Virus record (IMG/VR): IMGVR_UViG_3300020112_000420
Location: 1 to 64,000 of that record
DNA length: 64,000 nucleotides
Direction: 5' to 3' (one strand)
Origin: a virus
Taxonomy: Duplodnaviria; Caudoviricetes
Under the pieces are notes generated by a model. That model made no database searches. It was not told where the DNA came from and was given only the letters and a program-made list of their open reading frames with translations. Positions within the stretch are counted from its first letter, which is position 1; every line of letters starts with the position of its first letter. Positions 21,075 through 30,904 of this stretch are shown piece after piece. The translations under genes and the position numbers were made by a program.

Positions 21075-22529
21075 ATGAAGAAGTTTGAATCATTGTTTTT
21101 TGCCTTTTTAACCTTTTCCATATCCTTATTAGCATCTCCGTTGGCGGGGCGTTCATTATGGTGCGACGAAATGTTGAGATGCAAGGTATTTACGACATAT
21201 TCTCTTGCTGATATATGGAACGGCGTAGCATTGGCAAGTTTCGATTCCCAAACGCCTCTGTGCTATACCATCTACATACCAATGCAAGTTATTTTCGGAT
21301 TCAGACTAGGCTCGTGTCTAATTTCCGCTTTGTCAGCATCTGCATTGTTTCTATTGTCCGTCAATGCGTTTACATGTATTTCTGGAAGTAAGCCAAGTAG
21401 AATTTCAATGTTAGTTGGGTCGTTAAGCCCATCGCTTTTATACTTCGGTTCTGAACTATGGTTTTACATGCCGTTTGCTTTTTTCGTCTCATGGTTTTCC
21501 TACGAATCAATGAGATATTACGTCGGTGTTCGCAAGTTAGTGAGCATACGTCTCGTGATTTCATCGTTTCTTACATTCGGAACTCATTTTTCCGGCGCGT
21601 TTACGGTTGCTACAATCGCATCGTTTGTCATCGTGTCTTTTATTGTAAAAAAAGAATGGTTTAAGACGGCGTGTTATTTGTCAAATTTACTACCATGCGC
21701 ATGTCTCGTGCCGATGTATCTAATCGCAAATACATCCGCTCGTCACATGGATTGCATAGGAGGAATACGTTGGAACGCACTAGGAACTTCTATTTGGTGG
21801 ATATGGTCTTATCTGACTACGCAGATACCATTCTACTGCTATGGGGTTTTTGGATTTGCGGCCATTTTGTTTGGTGCTTACCGAATGTTGAAATCAAGAA
21901 AATGGGTAGCGTTTTTTGTATGTGCGACCATGTTTTCTGTAATTCCATATCTTGTCTACTCACATATGAGGGGATATGATTTCAACGCCCCGCGTTTTTG
22001 GTCTTTTGCAACATACTCGGTACTTGTATGCGAAATGTTTGCATTGAAGTCATGCAATCGAATTTATGAAAAAATGATTTTCATTTTGTTGTCGGCGGTC
22101 TGTTTCGTTTCAGTCTATGGTTTGGTTTCCGCAACTGGACGTGCTGTTTCATATCGCAAGATGTCAGAGCAGATTGACAAGGTTGCTCCGAATGTAAAGG
22201 CCGTATTCGTAAACCACTATGAGACAAGGTGGTTTATGTGGAATTACAAATTCAATACAAACAGGAAAATGGAAGTTGCGGGATATTGGGAAATGGGGGA
22301 AAGCACAAGAGCCAAAATTCTTTACTCGATAAAGCAACGCAAAGAGCCGTTTGTAGTTTACATAGGAGGAGAGGCAGATGAGAAAATGTCTCGTTTGGTT
22401 GGAATAGACACAACTCCGCTCGTGGTGTCGGATGATGACAATCTTGGGAATATGCTTTCCCTTGTCGGTATTCAGCGAAAAGTAAAGTTCTTCAAGCCGT
22501 ATTTCACGGTGGTAAACAACAATAAATGA
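21075..22529 (+). CDS. Polytopic membrane glycosyltransferase, GT-C fold (PMT/ArnT/Gtr-like)
   Basis: LAGRSLWCDE motif after the first TM helix; about ten hydrophobic segments; soluble C-terminal domain; markedly AT-rich. Confidence 0.7.
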   Translation: MKKFESLFFAFLTFSISLLASPLAGRSLWCDEMLRCKVFTTYSLADIWNGVALASFDSQTPLCYTIYIPMQVIFGFRLGSCLISALSASALFLLSVNAFTCISGSKPSRISMLVGSLSPSLLYFGSELWFYMPFAFFVSWFSYESMRYYVGVRKLVSIRLVISSFLTFGTHFSGAFTVATIASFVIVSFIVKKEWFKTACYLSNLLPCACLVPMYLIANTSARHMDCIGGIRWNALGTSIWWIWSYLTTQIPFYCYGVFGFAAILFGAYRMLKSRKWVAFFVCATMFSVIPYLVYSHMRGYDFNAPRFWSFATYSVLVCEMFALKSCNRIYEKMIFILLSAVCFVSVYGLVSATGRAVSYRKMSEQIDKVAPNVKAVFVNHYETRWFMWNYKFNTNRKMEVAGYWEMGESTRAKILYSIKQRKEPFVVYIGGEADEKMSRLVGIDTTPLVVSDDDNLGNMLSLVGIQRKVKFFKPYFTVVNNNK

Positions 22530-22543
22530 AAGGAAAGCGATAA

Positions 22544-23159
22544 ATGAAAAATCTGCCCCTGAAGGTTCATATTCCAAAAGGCGACAAGCAAGTGGTCACG
22601 CTTGTGCCGATTGGAAACATACATTCGATACGCGAGGTGACGGACGAAAAAGACCTTTCCTACGGTTTTAAGTCGCGTATATTCTTTTTGGGCGAGTCGG
22701 AAGGGTGCATATCCGTGTCTGACGACATACTAGACATTCTGAAGCAATACCAACATATGTTTGAGTTCGTGCAGTCAACTAAAAGCAAATTCAAAAAGGG
22801 AGCGTGAAAAAATGCTTTCACCACTTGCAGTTGCCACGGAACTTGAGACGTTCAAGAGGGCGCATAACGGAGGTCAGATTATCACCGATGCCGTCCGAAC
22901 GATACGGGAGCAGAACGATGAACTTCGGCATTACCGCGCAATGGAAGCGCAGTTCGGTGATATGTTGAGGTTTGTCAAGAAGCACATGGGTCGCCGCATG
23001 GAGATATATGCTCGGCGCAAGAAATACAAGCGAACGGCGGGAGGATTGGAAGAGATACGGTATGTGATTCCGACGGGCGCGGAGCGCAACATGTTCGACG
23101 GCATGGTTCGCGAGTGCGAGAAGTATGTGCCGAACGCGGGAATTTACGGGAAACTGTGA
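22544..23159 (+). CDS. Two hypothetical proteins (22544-22807, 22810-23159)
   Basis: SD motifs. Confidence 0.5.
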
Positions 23160-23404
23160 AAGAGTACAAGTTTCAGATACGGTTTTCGCCGTGCTATTCG
23201 GACAATCCAAATCGCGATTGTCATTGGCACGATGTCGATACGATGACGGATGTTTCCCGCCGTCATGCATTAGCGCACTTGAAGTCATTGTCACATGATG
23301 CTATTAGGTACGATTACAGACTTCTTGAACGCGAAGTGTTGCCGTGGAAAAGGTCGTTTGTCGCCTACAAGTCAACAGAACAGCAAGAAAGGAAAAAACA
23401 AGGT

Positions 23405-23662
23405 ATGGATAATAAACGTGAGCAGTTTGAACGGCGCATCGAGGAAATCGTCGTGGCACAACTCGGCGTAAACAAGGAGAAAGTGAAGGACGACGCGAAC
23501 ATCTGCGCCGACCTTGGTGCTGACTACCTTGACATGGTTGAACTCGTGATGGATGTCGAATGCAAACTTGAAATCACGATTCCCGACCAAATGGGCGAGA
23601 CGATTCAGACCGTCAAACAACTGAAGGAAGTTGCTTGGGCGGAGTATTCTAAAGGCATTTGA
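23405..23662 (+). CDS. Acyl carrier protein homologue with the phosphopantetheinylation Ser replaced by Tyr
   Basis: RIEEIVVAQLGV.KEKVKDDANI.ADLGADYLDMVELVMDVE.KLEITIPD..GETIQTV, versus canonical DLGADSLD; the frame is also open from GTG 23156. Confidence 0.8.
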   Translation: MDNKREQFERRIEEIVVAQLGVNKEKVKDDANICADLGADYLDMVELVMDVECKLEITIPDQMGETIQTVKQLKEVAWAEYSKGI

Positions 23663-23678
23663 CGGGCGAAAAAAAATT

Positions 23679-23785
23679 AAAATACCCCCTTGCGGTGGAT
23701 GCGACAAATATGCTATAATGTAAGCGTCAAAGGGAGAGAAGGTTTTGGCAAGGTGCTGAAACGCCCAATGGCAGAAGGACAAAAA
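23679..23785 (+). promoter_or_regulatory. Early promoter P5 with leader
   Basis: aaaataccccc TTGCGG(23690) N18 TATAAT(23714); ggcaaggtgctgaaacgcccaatggcagaagg. Confidence 0.75.
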
Positions 23786-23802
23786 AGGAAAGAAGGTCAG
23801 AA

Positions 23803-24452
23803 ATGGCGGAAATGATGAAGAGGTACGAAATGACGCAGGACGAGCGTAATGCCATGCGTCGGATTGCGGGCGACCAGTCGTGGGGATTCACCTACGATGA
23901 AGTGCTTGCCATGTCAAAGGTTGCGCAGATGTGCGACATTGGCTCTTTTACTATGTTCGACATGAAGAAGTATCTGCCGAAGACGTGGGATATTCCCGCA
24001 AGCATCGACAAGCCGAACAAACTCAAGGTGTTCATTTCGGACTTGCTTGAGGATTGCAACTTTCACGGCGAGTCGTGCCTTATCGACGGTTGTTGCTATC
24101 GTCTTCTCGACGAGCATTACAACATGCTGAAGGCGCACGAGGAGGAATGACCATGAGCAAGTACAACACATTGGACGAGTTGCAGACCACGCCAGGGAAT
24201 TGGCAAATGTCGTCGCCAACGAATGAGTTGGCTATAATGACGGATGCATCGCCTTGGGTGATTGCGACCATATGCGACTATGCGACGGGAACTTCTATGG
24301 CGAAACGGAACGGTCGTCTTATGATGGCTTCCCGTGAACTGTACGATGCTTGCTATGAGGCGTTGCATTGCGGAAAGGCGGTTTATCTTGGTGACAAGGT
24401 GCTGTCTAAACTGATTGCGGCGTTGGAAAAGGCGGGAGGGCTTGAAAAATGA
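23803..24452 (+). CDS. Two hypothetical proteins (23803-24150, 24153-24452)
   Basis: SD motifs; follow P5. Confidence 0.55.
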
Positions 24453-24903
24453 AGACTGTTGAAGAGTTGGATGAAAACAAGGTTCGCGATGCCTCCCGAA
24501 AACTCTATTCGGCATTGCGCCGTTGCTATGTGGCGTTCGGTCATGTCAACGCGCCTTCCTTGTGGGAAGAGGTCAAGTGTGCGCTATCGGAAGCGTCGGG
24601 GGAGCAACTGACATGACAATGGAATTGTTTGCATGAGTGATATGAAATTAAATAAGACGAGAAGTTTCAAAGTGCCTGAAAGAAAACATCCTACATTGAT
24701 TTCACAGCCCCATCGTGAGGCGCGTGTTAAAACGGAAATCACGAAGGCAACAGACGTGCGTGGGTGCAAACACGGAAGCGTTGAGCCGACAACGGGGAGA
24801 TAATACTGCCAACCATGGAGAGCGACTTCATTGCCCCAAAAAGGAGAGTAATACTGGTACCACCGTTCCCGTTCGGTGTCCTCGCAAACGGGATGGTCTT
24901 GAA

Positions 24904-25416
24904 ATGAAAAACAACATGATAATAACAGAAGGTAAACACATTCTCGATGTGACGTGTAGCAACCGTTCAATCTGGTTTGACAAGGAATGTCCTATAGCGT
25001 TGTATTGCGATAAGCGTAAATGCGTAGAAACGGTAGTGTTTGCAGGTGGAAAGAAAAAACAAGATTGCGTTGTCAACCCCGATGTTGTGTGCGACTTCAC
25101 AGACCTACCATTCTTCGACAATTCATTTGAACTCGTCGTCTTTGACCCTCCCCATGCTTTGAACATAAACGAGGATTCTTGGACGTGTAAGAGATATGGA
25201 ACTTTGCTCAATGGGTGGGAAGAGGTGGTAAAAAGCGGTATCAATGAATGTATGCGCGTTCTGAAGCCATACGGAACTTTGATATTCAAATGGAGCGATG
25301 TTCACATTTCCACAGCCGACGTTATAAAGGCAATCGGAATTACGCCGTTGTTTGGGCATAGAAGCGGTAAGAAAATGAACACACATTGGATGGTTTTTAT
25401 GAAAGGAGATAAATAA
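24904..25416 (+). CDS. Small phage SAM-dependent (DNA) methyltransferase
   Basis: ILDVTCSNRSIWFDK, PDVVCDFTDLPF.DNSFELVVFDPPH, ECMRVLKPYGTLIFKW, PLFGH. Confidence 0.75.
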   Translation: MKNNMIITEGKHILDVTCSNRSIWFDKECPIALYCDKRKCVETVVFAGGKKKQDCVVNPDVVCDFTDLPFFDNSFELVVFDPPHALNINEDSWTCKRYGTLLNGWEEVVKSGINECMRVLKPYGTLIFKWSDVHISTADVIKAIGITPLFGHRSGKKMNTHWMVFMKGDK

Positions 25417-25417
25417 C

Positions 25418-26526
25418 ATGGTCATTAACTTCAGCACCAGACGACGGGATGTGGATAATTCCGTATACTTCGGGTCGTGCATTATTCAGAATTGGCTGTT
25501 TGCCGCCATCAAAGAAGAGGCATGGAAAAAGCACATTAGCGAGAACACCTTGATACGGAAGATTCTTGCCGAGCATTTCAAGTCCAAGAAGCCGAACGGT
25601 TGCATTGCCGACCCCGTGGATGAACTCGACAAGCGTATGAGAACAAGTGACTAATGGTTTTGTATGCACGACGTGGAAAGTGCCATTTATCCAGTTGTTG
25701 AATTTGCAAGAAGCCATTTGTTGGTAAACCAATGGGATGCGGCAAAGGTTGTATCTACTGCATATTTCAAACTCGTTGCATGTGGTGACGAAGCAGAACA
25801 GAATGAAGTTGCGAAAATCATCATGTCCGTTGATTGCAAGGTAAGCAAAAAACACCATAACCTTGAATGTGGAATAAGGATAAATGAATGGGATGCACTT
25901 GATGCCATATTTGAAATACAAAAGATTTTTGGATATGGCTTTTTCTCAAAAAGGTTTAGAAGAAAACTGACGAAGATTGTTGAAAATTCAAACTTATTCA
26001 AGGCACGGACAACTCTTATTGAAGTTTTGAAAGCCGCATATTAGGTGTTTTGTATTTGATTACGAAAGGAATTAAGCATGACAAACAATAAAAAGGTAAT
26101 GGTTTGCGAAGCGGAAGATTCGCGCATGGTTGGGTTGAAGTTCGACGTTCCCGACCTCTTGGCGCAGTCCAGCGACTTCGCCGTGAAGAAGTTTATGAAG
26201 CGTTATATCGCGGAACGATTCGACATCGACATGTCTGGCGTTTCTCTTACCGTCACTTCCGAAGAATAACATTGACAATGAAGAGATTGAAAAATCTTGT
26301 GTATGCCCTTTTGTTTGGTATGGTAATCGGTATTGGGATTGACATAGCACATAGCGTAGAGGTTATTCCTATAAAGCATGACGAACTTTCAAAAGAGATT
26401 AATGACCTTAAAAGCACCATTAAAGAACAAGAGCGTTTGATTCGCGCACAGCATGACACGATTGAGAACATGCAGAGGCAGATAATTAAGTACAAGCGGC
26501 TGTCTGAAAAGAAATCGTCTACTTGA
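25418..26526 (+). CDS. Four small hypothetical ORFs (25418-25654, 25664-26044, 26078-26269, 26278-26526)
   Basis: SD motifs; the last has a TM helix plus coiled coil. Confidence 0.45.
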
Positions 26527-26539
26527 CACGGTATAGAAA

Positions 26540-27232
26540 ATGCGAGAGATATACAATACCGACTGTTTTTCGTGCATTGAAAAGACTGTTTCCGAAGTCA
26601 GCAACCCAATCATTGTGACTGACCCACCCTTTAACGTTGGATATGGGTACGATGAATATGTCGATAGGTTGCCAGAAGAAGAATACCTTGAAAAGTTGGA
26701 TTATATTTTTAGTCTTTGCCCATCTGTCGTGATACACTATCCCGAACATTTGTATAAATTGTCGGTAAAGATGGGAAAGATACCGATGCGCGTCATATCT
26801 TGGGTTTACAATTCAAATACGCCACGTCAGCACCGCGACATTGCCTATTTCGGTATCGAGCCTGATTTTCACGGGTTGGGTGAATATAAAAATCCAACAG
26901 ACAAGAGAATTGCCGAGCGTATATCAGAAGGGAAAAAGCCGATTGGCTATGATTGGGTGTATGCAGACCAAGTGAAGAATGTCAGCAAGGGTGTAAATTC
27001 TCATCCGTGTCAAATGCCTCTCGCTGTCATGTTGTATGTGGTGAGGACTTTGCCACACGACTGCACAATCATTGACCCATTTATGGGTAGCGGAACAACA
27101 TGTTTGGCGGCAAAAAGGAACGGCATGGAGTATGTCGGAATTGAGATAAGCAAACGGTACTTCAAAATTGCCTACAACAGATTGAATAACGATTCTCCAT
27201 TGTTTGATACCATTGAAGGTAATGAAAAATGA
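26540..27232 (+). CDS. DNA amino-methyltransferase (N6/N4 family, beta class)
   Basis: IVTDPPFN; HPCQMP; IIDPFMGSGTT; YVGIEI. Confidence 0.9.
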   Translation: MREIYNTDCFSCIEKTVSEVSNPIIVTDPPFNVGYGYDEYVDRLPEEEYLEKLDYIFSLCPSVVIHYPEHLYKLSVKMGKIPMRVISWVYNSNTPRQHRDIAYFGIEPDFHGLGEYKNPTDKRIAERISEGKKPIGYDWVYADQVKNVSKGVNSHPCQMPLAVMLYVVRTLPHDCTIIDPFMGSGTTCLAAKRNGMEYVGIEISKRYFKIAYNRLNNDSPLFDTIEGNEK

Positions 27233-27717
27233 AAATAAAAAAGCAAATCAAGAACAAACCAAAAACGCTGTCACCTTGGGAATGGACGCTCATTGTTGCC
27301 GCGTGGCGATACTACGAGAACCGCATGACGATTGCATCTTCCATGTTCCCGCATGAAATCATCGAGCATTTCTTCTGTGGCGCGTATGACGAAGATTCAT
27401 GCAACCGCATTGCCCGTCAGTTTTCCTATATTGACCACCACAATGGCGAAAGCGATTGGAGTGGTACGAAGTACCTTATGGATATGGATAAAACGCCGTG
27501 GTGCAAGTTCTACGCCTTTATGAAGGCGTGGATAGACGGATTCGCAACCGTGACGGTCAGCGACGGGAAAAAGACCGAGGTTGTCGAGGCGTTTTACTGC
27601 GAGTTCACGAAGCGATGGCATCCGAAGCAGTTGTATATGGCGGGTGGACTGCACGAAAGCGCATACATACCACCGGAATACATTAAGAAGATTGTCGGGG
27701 GAAATCGAAATGTTTGA
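27229..27717 (+). CDS. Hypothetical protein
   Basis: ATGA overlap; 162 aa. Confidence 0.55.
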   Translation: MKIKKQIKNKPKTLSPWEWTLIVAAWRYYENRMTIASSMFPHEIIEHFFCGAYDEDSCNRIARQFSYIDHHNGESDWSGTKYLMDMDKTPWCKFYAFMKAWIDGFATVTVSDGKKTEVVEAFYCEFTKRWHPKQLYMAGGLHESAYIPPEYIKKIVGGNRNV

Positions 27718-28468
27718 ATACGACACGATATGTCAAGGGGATTGTCTGTCAGGCATGAAGGCAATGCCCGATGCTTGCGTTGACACGATTGTGACTTCTC
27801 CGCCATACAATAAGAAAGGGCAATCCAAGAAGAAGGGAAATCAGATTTGGGGAGGGTTTCGGATAGATTACGACTCGTATCAAGATAGTCTTGACAATGA
27901 CGAATATGATGATTGGATGCGTCAATTGCTTTGTGAGTTCAACAGGATTCTCAAGCCGAATGGTTCTGTATTCTTTAATCATAAGGTTATACTTGAAAAT
28001 TGCACGGCTCATTTCCCTTCTTTCGTATTGGATTGTGGAATACATTTATATCAGTTAGTAGTATGGAATAGGATGTGCAGTTGCAACATTAGAAATGATA
28101 CATTGTTTCCGACATACGAACTTGTGTTTTGGCTTTCAAAAGGTAAGCCGAATGTTTACAAGGAGCAGGCGACATACAAGAATGACATTTGGAACATACC
28201 ACCCGAAAAGAATAGCGAACATCCAGCACCTTTCCCTTATAAATTGGCTGAAAACTGTATTCTTCTGACAAATCCTAAAAACAGCGGAAATTTGATATTC
28301 GACCCTTTTATGGGTAGTGGAACAACGGCTGTTGCGGCTAAAAATACTGGAAATCATTTTTTAGGTTTTGAATTGTCTGAAGATTATCGAAGAATGGCAA
28401 TGAAACGAATTGCTAATGTAAAGTCATTCAAAAATGGGATTGTTCAGAACGACCTTTTTGGAGATTGA
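27710..28468 (+). CDS. DNA amino-methyltransferase (N4-C/N6-A family)
   Basis: IVTSPPYN; EHPAPFP; IFDPFMGSGTT; FLGFEL; ends VQNDLFGD. Confidence 0.9.
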   Translation: MFEYDTICQGDCLSGMKAMPDACVDTIVTSPPYNKKGQSKKKGNQIWGGFRIDYDSYQDSLDNDEYDDWMRQLLCEFNRILKPNGSVFFNHKVILENCTAHFPSFVLDCGIHLYQLVVWNRMCSCNIRNDTLFPTYELVFWLSKGKPNVYKEQATYKNDIWNIPPEKNSEHPAPFPYKLAENCILLTNPKNSGNLIFDPFMGSGTTAVAAKNTGNHFLGFELSEDYRRMAMKRIANVKSFKNGIVQNDLFGD

Positions 28469-28569
28469 ATATGCACGAAGACCTCATTGTGAAGTTAGCC
28501 GTCGTCGTTTCTTGCTTGTTCTCTTTTACGCTTGTGTTCTTGGCAAGCCGACACATGGAGCATTGATTT

Positions 28570-28731
28570 ATGAGCAATGGAATATACATTGATAGGTCGT
28601 CCAAGGGCGACGGTCGAAGGCACGAATCCTACCGTGCAGAGGTAAATGTAAACGGAAAGCGCATACGCAAACGGTTCTATACCTATGCTGAAGCCCGCGC
28701 TTGGTATGACACGAACAAAGGAAAAAAGTAA
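28570..28731 (+). CDS. Small AP2/integrase-arm-like DNA-binding peptide (53 aa, absent from the ORF track)
   Basis: SYRAEVNVNGKRIRKRFYTYAEARAW three-strand-plus-helix pattern; TAATG coupling. Confidence 0.4.
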   Translation: MSNGIYIDRSSKGDGRRHESYRAEVNVNGKRIRKRFYTYAEARAWYDTNKGKK

Positions 28732-29441
28732 TGAAAATAGACGGCAAGGTGCATTGTTTCTTTGAACAGTCGGGGACATTCAAGAACGAGTTTATCAAAC
28801 TCGGTGTTCCCGCCGAGGACTACGACATACAAAACAACTTCGGGCAGACAGACCACGTTGTGGACTTGTTCGGAGAAATCGAAAAGGCATATGACGGCAA
28901 GCCGAGTCTTTTCGACGGAATAGGCAAGGACGATTTGATTATGGCGTTCTTCCCGTGCATATACTTCTGTGACAATAATTCATTTTACTTCACCGATGTT
29001 GCAATAAATCTCCGTCATTTCAAAGATGACATAGCAGGAAGGTATCGTAGTATAATTCAAAGAAGCAAGGATAGGGAGTTTTTTTATCAGTTGCTATGGA
29101 AATTGGTTTATATCTCGAAAACAAGGCATATTCGACTAATCATAGAGAATCCTTGGGACACAAATGGAACGACATATCTTCAGCACAATTTCATAAAACC
29201 ATCTTTGATTGACAAGAACAGGATGGTTCGTGGTGATAAGTTCAAAAAGCCGACAGCATACTGGTTTATAGAGTGCGAAAGGACGCACGCATTGTCACCT
29301 CAAAACGACAAGGTGCAAGTTAAAATTAGAAAATCTAAAGGAGGTTCAAAAGGGGTGTGTAGCGAAGATAGGTCGATGATAAGTTCCGACTACGCAAGGA
29401 ACTTCATTTGCGACTTCATATTCGGTGGGGGGGGGGTATAA
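28731..29441 (+). CDS. Cytosine-C5 DNA methyltransferase-like protein (divergent), ending in a G10 tract
   Basis: VHCFFEQSGTF (motif I-like), MAFFPC (catalytic PC), LIIENP, FKKPTAYWF; G10 at 29427-29436. Confidence 0.6.
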   Translation: MKIDGKVHCFFEQSGTFKNEFIKLGVPAEDYDIQNNFGQTDHVVDLFGEIEKAYDGKPSLFDGIGKDDLIMAFFPCIYFCDNNSFYFTDVAINLRHFKDDIAGRYRSIIQRSKDREFFYQLLWKLVYISKTRHIRLIIENPWDTNGTTYLQHNFIKPSLIDKNRMVRGDKFKKPTAYWFIECERTHALSPQNDKVQVKIRKSKGGSKGVCSEDRSMISSDYARNFICDFIFGGGGV

Positions 29442-29482
29442 TACCGTTCCCCAGCAGATAGATTTGTTTGATTTATAATGCC

Positions 29483-29498
29483 TTGACCCATTGGCTAT
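29483..29498 (+). promoter_or_regulatory. Putative late-promoter motif TTGACC-N3-TGGCTAT
   Basis: ttgacccattggctat, 22 nt upstream of ATG 29521. Confidence 0.6.
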
Positions 29499-29520
29499 CC
29501 GTGGAAGGGTTTTCAATGCT

Positions 29521-30648
29521 ATGGAAGACAATATCACGGAATTGGTAAGGGAGATTGGTCGATTTTCATCTGTTGGAAACGCTGTCCGTGTAATGGCAAC
29601 GGACATGCGTGATAGGTTGGGTCTAGAACACGACAAATTGGGTCGATTTGCCAAGAAGGACGGGAGTTCCTCCGAGACGGGTGTTGAGTTCGCTCTGTCG
29701 CTTGTTGACAAAAAGAAACTTGAGTCGGTTCGCGCCGTCGGAAACTATACGACGGCAGATGGAAAGAAGCACGACACGCGCATTAACAACAATACGGGTA
29801 AGCCGATTTCAAAGGCGTTGAACGACTGTATTGACGCGCTTATGTGCGGCGTAGCGGTCACGGCGGCGGAAATAGAGCAAACGCCCGAATGGAAGTTGGC
29901 GAGAGAGCAGTTGCGCCAGCACCGAGCGACGAATTGGAAGAAGAACGGATTTGTCTATACGCATAACATCGACACGAAGGAGCGCGGAGAACTCCGTAGC
30001 AAAGTCGAGAGTGACGCGCTTGCCGAAGTCATTACGCGGGAGCAGAATCCAGACGCATTCGACTATGCGGACAAGACTGGGGCTGAACTGAAGCCATGGA
30101 AGGTGAAGCGCGGTCATGTCATTGACGTTATCACGGGACTTCCCGCCGCTGGAAAGTCAACGACGTTTGCCAACAAACTGTCGGTCGAGAACGAGGCGCG
30201 TCTGATTGATTCTGACGAGTTCAAGAAGCGTATGCCCGAATACAACCGAGGTCTCGGCGCGGATATGGTTCACGAGGAGTCGTCCCGCATTGCCAAGCGT
30301 GTATTTCAGAAGGCGGTCGAGCGTGGCGAGAACATTACCTATCCCGTCATTGGTTTCAAGGCGGACAAGTTGCGCGAGATGTTCAAGTATCTGCGCGACA
30401 ACGGCTATACGATTCGCCTCCATTTGAACGAGATGGACGCGAACAAGGCGAAGGGGCGTATGCTTCTGCGGTTCGCGGAACGTGGTCGTTTTCTTCCCTT
30501 GTCGCTGTTCCGCAAGTACGGCAACAAGCCGACGGACGCTTACAACGCCGTCAAGGGCGAGGTGGACTTCTATGAGAAGTACCGTAGCGAGACGGGGATT
30601 GGCGAGAAGCCGAAACTCATTGAAAAGGGCGGCAAGGAATCCAAGTAA
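29521..30648 (+). CDS. Zeta-toxin-family P-loop kinase with long N-terminal extension
   Basis: VITGLPAAGKSTT, RLIDSDEFKKRMPEY, VHEES; N-terminal VMATDM and HDKLGRFAKKDG. Confidence 0.8.
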   Translation: MEDNITELVREIGRFSSVGNAVRVMATDMRDRLGLEHDKLGRFAKKDGSSSETGVEFALSLVDKKKLESVRAVGNYTTADGKKHDTRINNNTGKPISKALNDCIDALMCGVAVTAAEIEQTPEWKLAREQLRQHRATNWKKNGFVYTHNIDTKERGELRSKVESDALAEVITREQNPDAFDYADKTGAELKPWKVKRGHVIDVITGLPAAGKSTTFANKLSVENEARLIDSDEFKKRMPEYNRGLGADMVHEESSRIAKRVFQKAVERGENITYPVIGFKADKLREMFKYLRDNGYTIRLHLNEMDANKAKGRMLLRFAERGRFLPLSLFRKYGNKPTDAYNAVKGEVDFYEKYRSETGIGEKPKLIEKGGKESK

Positions 30649-30674
30649 TCTAACGAGAAAGGTCTGATAGGGTT

Positions 30675-30899
30675 ATGGCGGACAACCATGTGATTGGCGA
30701 CGACAAAAGCGCGGCGGAAGTTTACGCGGAATACAAGGACGGAATGATTGACCGCGAGATGTTCATGGAATGGCTTATCGAGCGTCACGATGCGAAACTC
30801 ATCGACGACGCGACGTATGACAAGTATGCGGACGAACTGACGTGCGACGTGTACGGCGAGACCGATACGGTGGCGGATGTCGAAGACGAGGAGGAGTGA
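30675..30899 (+). CDS. Small acidic protein (candidate antitoxin/immunity partner)
   Basis: Asp/Glu-rich 74 aa directly after the zeta gene. Confidence 0.55.
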   Translation: MADNHVIGDDKSAAEVYAEYKDGMIDREMFMEWLIERHDAKLIDDATYDKYADELTCDVYGETDTVADVEDEEE

Positions 30900-30904
30900 A
30901 GGTC

